From: Granulosicoccaceae bacterium
GTDB lineage: Bacteria; Pseudomonadota; Gammaproteobacteria; CALCKW01
DNA: 64,000 nt
NCBI GenBank assembly: GCA_033852095.1
Contig: JAWSVD010000029.1
Span: 6,266 to 70,265 of the forward strand
Reading direction: 5' to 3'
The notes beneath the pieces are model-generated. The model saw only the letters and a list, made by a program, of their open reading frames with translations. It searched no databases and was not told where the DNA came from. The position numbers and the translations under genes were made by a program. Position 1 is the first letter of the stretch. Every line of letters starts with the position of its first letter. Of the stretch, positions 46,465 through 56,765 are shown piece by piece.

Positions 46465-46956
46465 ATGTACAGTTGGGAGCAGGACGTCTCCTCGACATTT
46501 TTAATTGATACGGTTGCAATGGAAAGCCAATTTATCATTTCAGAAAACACAACTGAAAGTGCACTTGAAGGCACAGTGGAACTGCCCGCGCGCGCGCTAA
46601 TCACTGCAGATGATGTGGATGTGCTGCTGCCCGCCGAGACCAGAAACTGGCGTGGCCCCGCGCTGCAGGGACCCAGTTTCAACGCCTTCAACCGCACAGC
46701 TGACAGCTTTGTCAGTCATGACGATGACATGCTGCTCCCGCCCAGCGGGATGATCCGTGCGGTCAACACCCAATACAACGCTGCCGAACCCGTGGTCAAG
46801 AGCGAAAAGATCATTCGCAGCTACGCGCGTCGCAGCAGCCGACGCGGCTGGGTCTACACTTTGTTGTTTTTGGCGGTGCTCGCCGTCGCCGCCGGCTGGG
46901 CCGCGCTGCACTTTAATGCCATCCCCAGCGGCCTTTTTGACAGCTTCAAACACTAA
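46465..46956 (+). CDS. hypothetical C-terminally membrane-anchored protein
   Basis: 163-aa ORF with an acidic N-terminal part and a C-terminal RRSSRRGW + TM helix (VYTLLFLAVLAVAAGWAALHF). The first ~35 codons have atypically low GC3 and no SD. Alternative starts are ATG 46519 or GTG 46576 (the latter preceded by GAAGG). Confidence 0.4.
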   Translation: MYSWEQDVSSTFLIDTVAMESQFIISENTTESALEGTVELPARALITADDVDVLLPAETRNWRGPALQGPSFNAFNRTADSFVSHDDDMLLPPSGMIRAVNTQYNAAEPVVKSEKIIRSYARRSSRRGWVYTLLFLAVLAVAAGWAALHFNAIPSGLFDSFKH

Positions 46957-47085
46957 TACTGCCGAATCCCCGCCCGATTCCCGCCTCTATCACTTTTCGT
47001 TAACAATATGGTCTGCGTCTATTTCACGAGCCGCTGAGAAAGGCGATACTGTGCTTTACAACTCTATATTTTTGCACGGTAAATC

Positions 47086-47865
47086 ATGGATTCCTTGATC
47101 TCAGAGAAAGTTACGCACGTCCACCACTGGAACGACACACTGTTCAGTTTTCGTGTCAGTCGCCAGCAAGGGCTGCGTTTCGAAAACGGCCACTTCGTGA
47201 TGATTGGCCTGGAAGTCGAGGGCAAACCACTGATGCGCGCCTACTCCATCGCCAGTGCAAACTACGCCGATGAGCTCGAGTTCTTCAGCATCAAGGTGCC
47301 AGACGGCGCGCTGACATCACGGCTGCAGCACATTCGCGAAGGTGACAAGATTTTGCTGCGCACCAAGCCAACCGGCACCTTGATCGCAGGCAATTTGCTG
47401 CCGGGTAAACGCCTCTACCTGCTCAGCACAGGCACGGGATTGGCGCCGTTTATCAGCATCATTCAAGACCCAGAAGTCTACGAGCAATTCGAGCAGGTCA
47501 TTCTGGTGCACGGCACGCGAACGGTCTCCGAATTGGCCTATCAGGACCTCATCGAAAATCAGCTGCCACAGAATGAATTTTTTGGTGACGAAGTGAAAGC
47601 AAAACTGCGCTACTACCCCACGGTGACCCGTGAGGAATATCGCAACACCGGCCGCATCACCCAGCTGATCGAATCCGGGAAGTTGTTCTCTGACCTCGGT
47701 CTGCCAGAGCCCAACATCGAAGAAGATCGCTTCATGTTGTGCGGCAGCCCCGCCATGCTCAAGGATCTCTGCGTCACGCTGGATGAGCGCGGCTACAGCA
47801 ACGCCACGCGCAGTGTGCAGGGCCACTACGTCATCGAACGCGCATTTGTAGAACAGAAAAACTGA
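47086..47865 (+). CDS. fpr: ferredoxin-NADP+ reductase
   Basis: 259 aa, FAD-binding RAYSIAS, NADP-binding GTGLAPF. It aligns with Pseudomonas/Azotobacter-type Fpr. Confidence 0.88.
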   Translation: MDSLISEKVTHVHHWNDTLFSFRVSRQQGLRFENGHFVMIGLEVEGKPLMRAYSIASANYADELEFFSIKVPDGALTSRLQHIREGDKILLRTKPTGTLIAGNLLPGKRLYLLSTGTGLAPFISIIQDPEVYEQFEQVILVHGTRTVSELAYQDLIENQLPQNEFFGDEVKAKLRYYPTVTREEYRNTGRITQLIESGKLFSDLGLPEPNIEEDRFMLCGSPAMLKDLCVTLDERGYSNATRSVQGHYVIERAFVEQKN

Positions 47866-48063
47866 TGAGCCTTGGCGCGCTCGCCGGCAGAGCGCGCCAT
47901 TGCCACCAAGTGTCTAGAACGACCTGATACAGTTTGTTAAGAGACCACCCGGCTCATCCCGAGCAATGCCCTGCTGGATCATCAGCGCCTCGCCGGGCAC
48001 CTCTAGCGCAAGCCGCGAAGACAAACAACAGCCGCCCCAAAATCCCTGCTTTGATTGCCCGCC

Positions 48064-49020
48064 TTAAGACCCCGAACGAAAAAGCTGCTGCCGCCAGCCG
48101 TACTGCGCCGGGTGCTGCTCGATCATCTGTTGCAGTGCAGCCAGCATGCGCGCCACGTCCGCACTGGAATCCCCGCTGGGAAAATCCGCCAGCGGTTCCG
48201 ACACACGGATTTCATAGCGGTGCTCACGCAGGTTGTACCAGCTGTAGATTGGCACCGCGAGGGCGCCGGTGAGCGCCGTCAGTTTTGCCGGCGCCTTGAT
48301 GCCACACTTCTGCGTCGCAAAGAAGGGCGCCCAATGCCCCTGCTGCTCGCCCATGTCCTCGTCGATCATCATGTACAGGGACCAGCCCTCGCGCACATCC
48401 CGCACCAGGCTGCGAAAGGAATCGCCCCGCTGCAGCAAATAACCGCCGTTGCGGCAGCGCGAGCGGTAGAACAACCAGTCCACCACAGGCGCCCCAAAGG
48501 GCTTGTAATAGCCGAGCATCGGGTAGGACGACTTGAGCGCTTGCGCCGCGTGCTCAAGCCCCAGGGAATGACTGACCAACATACACACGGGTCGTCCCGC
48601 CTCGAAGGCCCGCTCCAGGTGCTCAGCGCCTTGCACCCGCACGCGCGCCCGCAGCCGATCCGAACGGCCCAGCCACAGCGCCGGCAGATCCAACAGCACA
48701 CAGACCTGCGCCTGCGCATGCTCTCGCACCACACGCTGCTGCTCAGCCGCGCTCATCTGTGGAAAACAGCGCGCCAGATTCAGCGGGATACGCCGTGGCC
48801 AGCGGCCCTTGGCCAGGCGGCTGCCGATCAGCATGCCCAGGCCATCCCGCCAGCGGCCCGGCAACAGCAACCACATCAGGCTCAGCACGCCCAGGCCCAG
48901 CCACTGCGGCCACAACCGCGGGTGCAGCAGGGCAACACTGAAGTGATGGGCAGCCGCGCCGTCTCGCGGCCCCCGGTGCGATCGGGCGGTGAAATCACGC
49001 GGAGGAAGCTGCTGCTGCAT
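48064..49020 (-). CDS. lpxL: lipid A biosynthesis lauroyl/myristoyl acyltransferase (LpxL/HtrB family)
   Basis: 318 aa, N-terminal TM, HX4D-type acyltransferase core (VSHSLGLEH...), LpxL-family length and layout. Confidence 0.75.
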   Translation of the reverse strand: MQQQLPPRDFTARSHRGPRDGAAAHHFSVALLHPRLWPQWLGLGVLSLMWLLLPGRWRDGLGMLIGSRLAKGRWPRRIPLNLARCFPQMSAAEQQRVVREHAQAQVCVLLDLPALWLGRSDRLRARVRVQGAEHLERAFEAGRPVCMLVSHSLGLEHAAQALKSSYPMLGYYKPFGAPVVDWLFYRSRCRNGGYLLQRGDSFRSLVRDVREGWSLYMMIDEDMGEQQGHWAPFFATQKCGIKAPAKLTALTGALAVPIYSWYNLREHRYEIRVSEPLADFPSGDSSADVARMLAALQQMIEQHPAQYGWRQQLFRSGS

Positions 49021-49025
49021 CGCCG

Positions 49026-49598
49026 CTAAAGCCCTGCTTGGCGTGCGACAATCCGGCTCAGACCCGACTCACCGTCCGCCGCCGCAACCCCCCACAGCTC
49101 CTCGTAGAACAGCACCTGCAGGCTCTGGAAGCAGTGCAGCAGTTCGCCCTGTTGCAACAGGAAGTCGGGGTTGCTCGGCCCGGTGCCCGCGGCACGGTCG
49201 CGGTTATAGGTCTCGTAGAACAGCAACCCACCCGGCCGCAGCGCATGACACAGCGTCGGCAGCTGAGCGCGGTCGAGATAGTAGCTGACGGCGATCACAT
49301 CGAAACTGGCTGACGGCAGTGGCGCCGTGGCCAGATCCCGCACCTCTGTATTGATCGAGCTGCCTCGCTCGCCCAGCGCCTGTATGGCCACGCAGGAGAC
49401 ATCCCAGGCGTGGCTCTCCAGCCCCGCCTCGCTGAACAGCAGTGCATTGCCGCCCAGACCGCAGGCGTAATCCAGAGCGCGCCCCTGCGACGGCAGCAAG
49501 TGACGTTGCCGCTGCAACACAGCGGCGGCAGCTGGCCGCCCAGCGGTGTTTCGCGCACGGTAGATAGCGTCCCACTTCTGACCCACCCCGCCCGTCAT
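49026..49598 (-). CDS. class I SAM-dependent methyltransferase (TehB-like)
   Basis: Start at MTGGVGQ. Motif I LDYACGLGGNALL and post-I acidic residue. Tightly packed between lpxL and trkH. Confidence 0.7.
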   Translation of the reverse strand: MTGGVGQKWDAIYRARNTAGRPAAAAVLQRQRHLLPSQGRALDYACGLGGNALLFSEAGLESHAWDVSCVAIQALGERGSSINTEVRDLATAPLPSASFDVIAVSYYLDRAQLPTLCHALRPGGLLFYETYNRDRAAGTGPSNPDFLLQQGELLHCFQSLQVLFYEELWGVAAADGESGLSRIVARQAGL

Positions 49599-49599
49599 G

Positions 49600-51048
49600 T
49601 TATTTGCGCCAAAACGCAGGGGTGAACAAGACCAACAAGGTGAAGATCTCAAGCCGCCCCATCAACATAGCGAGGCAGAGCACCACCAGAGCACCGTCGT
49701 CAACGGTGGCGTAATTGGCCGCCACCTCACCCAGGCCGGGCCCGAGGTTGTTCATGCAGGCGACCAGGGATGAGAAGGCGGTCACTTGATCCACGCCCAT
49801 GGTCATGAGCACGATCATAAAAAAGACAAAGATCGCGACGTAGGCGGAAAAGAAACCCCAGACCACTTCGATCTGCCGATCGGATACCCGCTTGTTGCCA
49901 AGCTTGACCACCACCATCGCGTGCGGGTGCACCATTCTTGTGAGCTCTCTGGCTCCTTGGCGCATCAGCATCATCACCCGCACCACCTTCAAACCACCGC
50001 CAGTGGAGCCCGCACAGCCGCCCACAAAACTGGAACAAAGCAGAATAAAGGGCAATGAGCCGGCCCAGTTGTAATATTCAGTGGTGGTGAAGCCGGTGGT
50101 AGTCGCCAGAGACACCGTGTGAAATATACCGGTGATCACGGAATCGCTGAAGCCATATTCTGAGGTCAGCAACAGCCCTACCACCACCAATATCGAAACC
50201 ACCAATAAAAAGGCCGCGTAGTTCCTAAACTCCGCGTCTTCGCGATAGACCGACAGACCCCTGCTGCGCCAGGCCAAAAAATGCAGGCCAAAATTGACAC
50301 CGGACAGGAACATAAAAACAATGGCGACACCCTCGACCAGGCGGCTATCAAAAAAGCCAATGCTGGCATCGTGGGTGGAAAAGCCGCCAATGGCCACTGT
50401 GGAAAAGGCGTGCCCCACCGCATCAAAAACGCTCATGCCCGCCCAGTAATAAGCCAGCGCACAGGCGATGGTCAGGGACAAGTAGATCATCCACAGTGCC
50501 TTGGCCGTGCCGGCGATTCGCGGTGTCAGCTTGCTGTCTTTCTGCGCGCCCGAGGTCTCGGCCCTGAACAGCTGCATGCCGCCGATTCCCAGCGCCGGCA
50601 AGATGGCGATCGCCAGCACAACGATTCCCATGCCGCCCAGCCACTGCAGCTCTTGGCGGTAAAAGAGGATTGACTTGGGCAGATAATCCAAGCCCACGAT
50701 CACCGTCGCGCCAGTGGTGGTCAGTGCCGACATGGATTCGAACACCGCTTGAAACACGGTCAATTCGGGGTATTCGGACACCATCAAGGGCACCGCTCCC
50801 GCCAAGCCAAGCACGGTCCAGAACAGCACCACAATCAGATAGCCGTCGCGCAGTTTCAGCTGCGCCTGGTGGTGATCCACCCGCCACACCATCAATCCGC
50901 CGGCGATCAGCAAAATAAAGAATGACAGAGTGAAGGTGCGCATGCCCCCGTCTTGGTAGACATAACCGATCACCGCGGGCGGCAGCATGGTCACGCTGAA
51001 GATACACAGCAACAAGCCAAGTATGCGTTGAACAACTTTAGGCTGCAC
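49600..51048 (-). CDS. trkH: Trk potassium uptake protein TrkH
   Basis: 482 aa polytopic protein with repeated M1PM2 pore motifs (TTTGAT, GGFS). It aligns with E. coli TrkH. Confidence 0.9.
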   Translation of the reverse strand: MQPKVVQRILGLLLCIFSVTMLPPAVIGYVYQDGGMRTFTLSFFILLIAGGLMVWRVDHHQAQLKLRDGYLIVVLFWTVLGLAGAVPLMVSEYPELTVFQAVFESMSALTTTGATVIVGLDYLPKSILFYRQELQWLGGMGIVVLAIAILPALGIGGMQLFRAETSGAQKDSKLTPRIAGTAKALWMIYLSLTIACALAYYWAGMSVFDAVGHAFSTVAIGGFSTHDASIGFFDSRLVEGVAIVFMFLSGVNFGLHFLAWRSRGLSVYREDAEFRNYAAFLLVVSILVVVGLLLTSEYGFSDSVITGIFHTVSLATTTGFTTTEYYNWAGSLPFILLCSSFVGGCAGSTGGGLKVVRVMMLMRQGARELTRMVHPHAMVVVKLGNKRVSDRQIEVVWGFFSAYVAIFVFFMIVLMTMGVDQVTAFSSLVACMNNLGPGLGEVAANYATVDDGALVVLCLAMLMGRLEIFTLLVLFTPAFWRK

Positions 51049-51087
51049 GACCGCCCCTAGTGCTGAAGGCGCTATTGATCAGCGGCA

Positions 51088-52464
51088 TCATATGAAGGTC
51101 GCTGAAACCTGACACAAGCGCTCCACCTCGGGGATGCGTTTTTTGTCGGTCAGAAAGAAAATGAGATGATCTTCTGGCTCGATAACCACATCCCGGTGGC
51201 CCATCAACACGGCACTGCCGCGCACCACCGCACCGATGTTGGTATTGTGCGGCAGCCGAATTTCCTCGATGCGCCGCCCCACCAATTTCGAGTTACTCTT
51301 GTCCCCTTTGGCGACCGCCTCTATCACTTCCGCGCCACCGCGTCGCAGCGAATGCACGGCGGCTATAGCGCCGCGGCGGATATGCGTGAGCAGCTCACCG
51401 ATCGTGACCTGGTGCGGGGAAATCGCGATGTCGATCATGTTGCTGGGGATCAGATCGGCGTAGGCCGTGCGATTCACCAGCGACATCACCGTGCCCGCGC
51501 CCAGGCGCTTGGCCATGATGGCCGAGAGAATATTCGCCTCGTCGTCGTTGGTCAGCGCGCAAAATACGTCCATCTCTTCGATGTTTTCTTCCAGCAACAA
51601 CTCGTGATCCGCGGCGTCACCCTCGAACACCATGGCCCGCGTCAGCTGGGTCGACAAGAGCACACAGCGGTCGTGGTAGCGCTCGATAAGCTTGACGTTG
51701 TAGTGCTGTTTCTCCAGGCGCTTGGCGAGCTCAAAACCGATGTTGCCGCCGCCGGCGATCATCACGTGTTTGTTGGGGCTGCGGGCCGCGCGCATCTCGC
51801 GCATCACCACGGTGGCGTCGGGCCGCGTCGCCAGAAAAAAGACGTCATCGCCGTCTTCGATGATCGTATCGCCGTTGGGGATAATCGCGTGGTCATTGCG
51901 GTAGATGGCCGCCACACGGCAGTCCACATCGGGCAGGTGCTCTCGCAGCGCGCGCAATGGCAGCCCAACCAAGGCGCCCTTGGCCTCGGCGGTGACGCCG
52001 ATCAAGCGCAGCCGCCCACTGGCGAAATCGACCACCTGCAGGGCCCCAGGTAACTCGATCAAGCGGTGCATGTGGCGCGTCACCAGCTGCTCGGGGCTGA
52101 TCAAGAAATCGACCGGGATGTGGTCGTTGTCGAAGAGCTCGGTCACCTCTTGGTAGGCATTGCTGCGCACCCGGGCGATTTTGGTGGGCGTACCAAAAAT
52201 CGTGTAGGCCACCTGACAGGCCAACATATTGACCTCGTCACTGCTGGTGGTCGCGATCAGCATGTCGGCGTCATCTGCCCCCGCCTCGCGCAGCACCGCC
52301 GGGTGTGAGGCCACCCCCACCACGGCGCGCAGATCGAGCCTGGACTGCATCTCGGCCAGCACACTCGCGTTGGTATCAATGACAGTGACGTCATTGCCTT
52401 CGTCGGCGAGGTTTCTCGCCACCGCGGTGCCAACCTGCCCCGCACCCAAAATAATAATTTTCAC
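51088..52464 (-). CDS. trkA: Trk system NAD-binding protein TrkA
   Basis: 458 aa, tandem RCK/KTN domains (MKIIILGAGQVG... and second GGGNIG). Confidence 0.92.
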   Translation of the reverse strand: MKIIILGAGQVGTAVARNLADEGNDVTVIDTNASVLAEMQSRLDLRAVVGVASHPAVLREAGADDADMLIATTSSDEVNMLACQVAYTIFGTPTKIARVRSNAYQEVTELFDNDHIPVDFLISPEQLVTRHMHRLIELPGALQVVDFASGRLRLIGVTAEAKGALVGLPLRALREHLPDVDCRVAAIYRNDHAIIPNGDTIIEDGDDVFFLATRPDATVVMREMRAARSPNKHVMIAGGGNIGFELAKRLEKQHYNVKLIERYHDRCVLLSTQLTRAMVFEGDAADHELLLEENIEEMDVFCALTNDDEANILSAIMAKRLGAGTVMSLVNRTAYADLIPSNMIDIAISPHQVTIGELLTHIRRGAIAAVHSLRRGGAEVIEAVAKGDKSNSKLVGRRIEEIRLPHNTNIGAVVRGSAVLMGHRDVVIEPEDHLIFFLTDKKRIPEVERLCQVSATFI

Positions 52465-52480
52465 GATCGAATCAACCTGA

Positions 52481-53857
52481 TCACTCGCGCGCTCGGCGCG
52501 TGTCGATGCCCAAACTCCGCATCTTACGGTAAAGATGGGTGCGTTCCATACCTATTCTCGTGGCCAGGTCGCCCATGCGGCCACCAACCTCTGCCAATTG
52601 GCGGCTCAGGTAGGCGCGCTCAAATTCCGCGCGCGCCTCGCGCAGTGGCAGATGCAAGGGAAGGCGCATGACATCGTCACTGAGCACACGCTCGGCACCC
52701 TCGGGCACCACCAGCGCCGCCTCTATCTCATCGCTCGCCACCTCGCTGTCCTCGCCGAGGATCAGCAAGCGTTTAACCAAGTTGCGCAGCTCCAGCACAT
52801 TGCCGCGCCAGTCGTGGTTGCGCAGCTTGTTCTGCGCCGCCACATTGAAGTGCCTGTAGGACAAACCCTCGCTCTCGGACAGCACATTGGCCAGTGACTC
52901 GACCAGCAGCGGTATGTCTTCACGGTGTTCGTTCAGGCCCAGGGTTTGAATCGGCACCACGTTTAGCCTGTAGAAGAGTTCCTCCAAGAGCCGCCCTGCA
53001 CTGACCGCCTGGCGCGGGTCATCGTTGCTGCTGGCGATCACCCGCACCGAGAGTGGGCGCAGCTGCGGTGCACCGAGCGCCTGAAATTCTCCGCGCTCCA
53101 GCGCCGTGTTCAGCAGCTTCTGCGCCACTAGAGGCAATTCGGTAAAATCCTGCAGGAACAAGGTGCCGCCGTTGGCTTGCTCCAGCAATCCAATCTGGCG
53201 CTGCCCGTCGTGTTCGCTGCCGTAGAGCTCCGCCGCCGCGGTTCGCTCGTCCAAGGTGTCGCCACCGACAACCACAAAGGGCGCATCGGGCGAGGCACTG
53301 AGGTGGATGTGCTGTGCCAGCTCGTGTTTCAGCGAGCCCGCCGGCCCCGTCAACATCACCGAAGCATCGGCACCCGCCAAGCGCTCCACCTGCTCGCGCA
53401 GCCCGCGCATATAGCTGCTCTGCCCCACCAGCTCCATGGGCGCTAGTCGCTCAGCGGCTTTGCCCTCCCCGGCAGCGTTGCTTTGCTGCCAGTTTTTCAG
53501 CGAGCGGTCTACCGTCATCAGCAGTTTCTGCAGTGACAGGGGTTTTTCGATGAAATCCACAGCGCCCATGCGCGTCGCCTCCACCGCAGTTTCAACGGTG
53601 CCGTGGCCCGACATCATCACGACGGGGAACTCCAGCTCACCGGCGTCACGCCAGCCCTTGAGCACGGTGATGCCGTCTTCGTCGGGCATCCAGATATCCA
53701 GCAACACCAGGTCGGGCTTGAAAGTCTCACGCCGTGCCCGCGCAGTCTCCGCGTTTTCAGCGGTGCTGACGTCGTAACCCTCGTCGAGCAGGATCTCTTG
53801 CACAGTGGTGCGAATATCGGGCTCATCGTCCACGACTAATATTGACTTGGCAGCCAT
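52481..53857 (-). CDS. ntrX: sigma-54-dependent response regulator (NtrX-like)
   Basis: Receiver domain (ILVVDDEPDIR...DLVLLDIWMPDEDG), AAA+ sigma-54 activator domain (GPAGSLKHE...GAFT-like), C-terminal HTH. Confidence 0.8.
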   Translation of the reverse strand: MAAKSILVVDDEPDIRTTVQEILLDEGYDVSTAENAETARARRETFKPDLVLLDIWMPDEDGITVLKGWRDAGELEFPVVMMSGHGTVETAVEATRMGAVDFIEKPLSLQKLLMTVDRSLKNWQQSNAAGEGKAAERLAPMELVGQSSYMRGLREQVERLAGADASVMLTGPAGSLKHELAQHIHLSASPDAPFVVVGGDTLDERTAAAELYGSEHDGQRQIGLLEQANGGTLFLQDFTELPLVAQKLLNTALERGEFQALGAPQLRPLSVRVIASSNDDPRQAVSAGRLLEELFYRLNVVPIQTLGLNEHREDIPLLVESLANVLSESEGLSYRHFNVAAQNKLRNHDWRGNVLELRNLVKRLLILGEDSEVASDEIEAALVVPEGAERVLSDDVMRLPLHLPLREARAEFERAYLSRQLAEVGGRMGDLATRIGMERTHLYRKMRSLGIDTRRARE

Positions 53858-53878
53858 CAGCTTCTCCCAGCGAACATC

Positions 53879-56050
53879 TCAGCTCGCCGTATGCGGTAAA
53901 TAGATTGTGATACAAGCACCGCCATCATCGGCGTTGCTCAACTCGATTTCGCCTTCGTGCTCTTCCACCACCTGCTTGACGATGGCCAAGCCCAGGCCGG
54001 TCCCGCGCCTTTTGGAAGTTACATAAGGTTCGAACACCCGGTCCAAGGTGTCCTCGGGGAAACCTGGTCCGTAATCCCTTACCTGCAGTTTTATTCGAGA
54101 GTTTCCGCCCCGCTCAACACACTGCAGACGGACATCCACACGGGCTTGCAAATTATCATCCTGAGCCTCCAGTGCGTTTTTCAATACATTGTGCAGCAGC
54201 TGCCGAATGCGCCCGGAGTCAGCGCGCACCAGCGGAACATCCGGCGCCAATTGCAGGCCAATGCAACCGCCGGCGGGCAGCCCGCGGTAGAGCTCAACCA
54301 CGTCACTCAGCAAATCGGCCAAACTCAGGTCGCTAAACGCCAAATCCGGTGTATTGGCGTATTCGGCAAAGGCGTTGACCATCGCCTTCATGCTCTCCAC
54401 CTGTTGCACGATCGTCCGCGTGGCTCGGTCCATCAGCTCGCCGTCGTCGCCGAGCTTGTCCATGTAGCGGTGGCGAATACGCTCAGCCGACAGCTGAATG
54501 GGGGTCAAGGGGTTTTTGATTTCGTGCGCCAGGCGCCGTGCCACTTCGCTCCACGCGGCGTCGCGCTGGGCACGAATGATGGGCGATATATCGTCAAAGA
54601 CCAACACATGGCCGGTGCCCACTTCGCCCAGGCGCGAACCTCTGCAGACAAAGGTGCGGCGGCCGCGCGCGCCGTTCAGGTGCAGCTCTTCCTGCCAGGT
54701 ATTTGCGTCCGCGTCCAAGTGCGGAGCCACCGCTTCCGCCAGCGCCGCGTAGGCGCCGGTGCGCTCGCGCGCCTCGTCCAAGCTGATGCCCAGCACCTCC
54801 GCCCTGTCCACGCCGAGCATCTCGACAGCCGCGTTGTTGATGGTGCTCGGTCGCCCAGTTTGATCCAAGGTCATGACGCCGGTGGAGATACTGCCGACCA
54901 CGGCTTGCAAATAGGCCCGCTGCTGCTCCACCTCACCCTGGCTCAAGGTGGCCCGATCGCGCGCACTTTGCAACTGCCGCACCATCTGATTAAAGGAGTT
55001 GAGCAGGTAGCCAAATTCATCTTTGCCGCCGGGTGGCAACTGCTGTGTCAGGTCACCCTCCGCCACCGCGCGGGTGCCGGCAGCGAGCGCCTGCACGGGA
55101 CGCATCAACAGCCGCGCCAGCCTAAAGGCAATCCAAATAGCCGCAAGCGCAGACAGGGCGAGCACCAGTGACAAGGTAAAGACAAAGCTGCTCTTCAGCG
55201 GCTCGCGCATGAAGGTGAGCTGCTGGTAGTGCTGGTAGGTGTCCTGCACGTCCTGCCCCAGCACCTGACGCCTGGCGTCGATGGGGTAGATCACTTCCAG
55301 TATGCGCGCTTTGCGCTCCGTGACCGCGTCATTGAAAGGCAGCCCGACCTGCACATCCAGGTTGCCGTCTTGGCGCTCGACAACGCCCACCACTGGTTGC
55401 CCGTCCAAGACCTGCTCGGACAGGGATTGATCGACGCGCATCTGCGGCAGATAGAGGTTCATGCTCGCGGACGCGATGACCAGCCCGCGCTGATCGCGCA
55501 GGATCACTTCCCGCGCCCCGTGAATGCTCAGCGCGTCGCTCATGGCGGGCACCAGATAGGGGGCCTCGAGGGTTCTCAAGGTGACGCGGATCTTCTCGCT
55601 GCGGCGCAGGAATTCACGCTGCTCCTCGGCGAGTGAATCGCGGCTGATGTCCAGCGCGCTGCTCAGTGACTGCTCGATCTGCACGTTGAACCAGCTGTCG
55701 ATGCCAGAGCGCAGAAAGCGCACCGAAAAGGTGTAGACAATGATCGCCGGCAGCAGCGACATCACCACCAGCATCAGCACCAGGCGCAGGGTGAATTTGG
55801 AGCCGGCCAAACCCTGCCGCAGCTCGCGCACCAACCGCGCGGCGTTCATGGTCACCAACACGAAAATGATCACCGACATCAGGCCATTGATCACCAGCAA
55901 CAAGTCGTTGGCGCGGCCAAAGCGCTCGAGGCTCTCGGCGCTGTTGCCGAGGAAATAAAGCGACGACAACAGCGAGACAAACACCGCCAGCATCAGCACC
56001 AGGCCCAGCGTGCCACGGTTGGATCTGGGGTTGTTTAGCGTATGCGCCAT
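53879..56050 (-). CDS. ntrY: sensor histidine kinase (NtrY-like: TM sensor-HAMP-PAS-HisKA-HATPase)
   Basis: 723 aa, N-terminal TM region, HAMP, PAS, H-box HEIKNPLTPIQLSAERI, G-boxes (RDYGPGFPE, GTGLGLAIV). Confidence 0.8.
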   Translation of the reverse strand: MAHTLNNPRSNRGTLGLVLMLAVFVSLLSSLYFLGNSAESLERFGRANDLLLVINGLMSVIIFVLVTMNAARLVRELRQGLAGSKFTLRLVLMLVVMSLLPAIIVYTFSVRFLRSGIDSWFNVQIEQSLSSALDISRDSLAEEQREFLRRSEKIRVTLRTLEAPYLVPAMSDALSIHGAREVILRDQRGLVIASASMNLYLPQMRVDQSLSEQVLDGQPVVGVVERQDGNLDVQVGLPFNDAVTERKARILEVIYPIDARRQVLGQDVQDTYQHYQQLTFMREPLKSSFVFTLSLVLALSALAAIWIAFRLARLLMRPVQALAAGTRAVAEGDLTQQLPPGGKDEFGYLLNSFNQMVRQLQSARDRATLSQGEVEQQRAYLQAVVGSISTGVMTLDQTGRPSTINNAAVEMLGVDRAEVLGISLDEARERTGAYAALAEAVAPHLDADANTWQEELHLNGARGRRTFVCRGSRLGEVGTGHVLVFDDISPIIRAQRDAAWSEVARRLAHEIKNPLTPIQLSAERIRHRYMDKLGDDGELMDRATRTIVQQVESMKAMVNAFAEYANTPDLAFSDLSLADLLSDVVELYRGLPAGGCIGLQLAPDVPLVRADSGRIRQLLHNVLKNALEAQDDNLQARVDVRLQCVERGGNSRIKLQVRDYGPGFPEDTLDRVFEPYVTSKRRGTGLGLAIVKQVVEEHEGEIELSNADDGGACITIYLPHTAS

Positions 56051-56622
56051 TGCTGCACGCCCCCCTGCAATTTCCAGGCGCGTGAAAAATAGGCTTGGGT
56101 GCGCAGCGGCGAGGGCAAGGCGTCGATGTCCAGGCTGACTTCCATGCGGCCAAAATGGCGCCGCCCAGGTTTCAGCAAACTTTCAGGCAGCAGTACCAAA
56201 TCCCGCAAGCTCGCCATCGAGTGCAGCGCATCTTCCAGCTTTTTAAAGGAGACGCGGTCGCCTGTCAGCAAGCGCTCGAGGCGGTAGCTGCGGGTCAGGC
56301 CCTGGTAACTTAATCGGTGTGAGATTTGATAGCGCTTCAAGGTTTCGTCGGGCCAGAAACTGTATTGGCGCCAGATTTCGATGTCGATATCGAACTCCAG
56401 CGCAACCCCGCTCTCCAATGCCGAGCGGGCCAAGCCGGACAGTTGCAGCGAGACATCAGTGCTCAGATAGACACGGGAATCAACCACGTAGGAGACCAGT
56501 GAATTGAAGTCGACTTTGCCTTCTTCAGCACGCAGCGGTACGAGCACCGTGGCCAATAAAAGCCACAGCAAAAACAAGCGCTTTGCAAGCGCCGACACCG
56601 ACAGCCGACGGTCACTGCTCAC
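56035..56622 (-). CDS. DUF4390-domain periplasmic protein
   Basis: 195 aa with a signal peptide. Conserved partner gene upstream of ntrY-ntrX; overlaps the ntrY start by 16 nt. Confidence 0.55.
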   Translation of the reverse strand: MSSDRRLSVSALAKRLFLLWLLLATVLVPLRAEEGKVDFNSLVSYVVDSRVYLSTDVSLQLSGLARSALESGVALEFDIDIEIWRQYSFWPDETLKRYQISHRLSYQGLTRSYRLERLLTGDRVSFKKLEDALHSMASLRDLVLLPESLLKPGRRHFGRMEVSLDIDALPSPLRTQAYFSRAWKLQGGVQQWRIR

Positions 56623-56765
56623 CCACGCGTCCTTGTCCCCATCAATACTCCTGCAGAGTAGGCATCTTACTCTGCATAGCGCCGTGATTCACCATTGACA
56701 CAGCGGCCACAAACAGCTCTGTCAATGCAGAGCGGCCCAGACAGCTTATGCCGCCCGGTCCCGGG

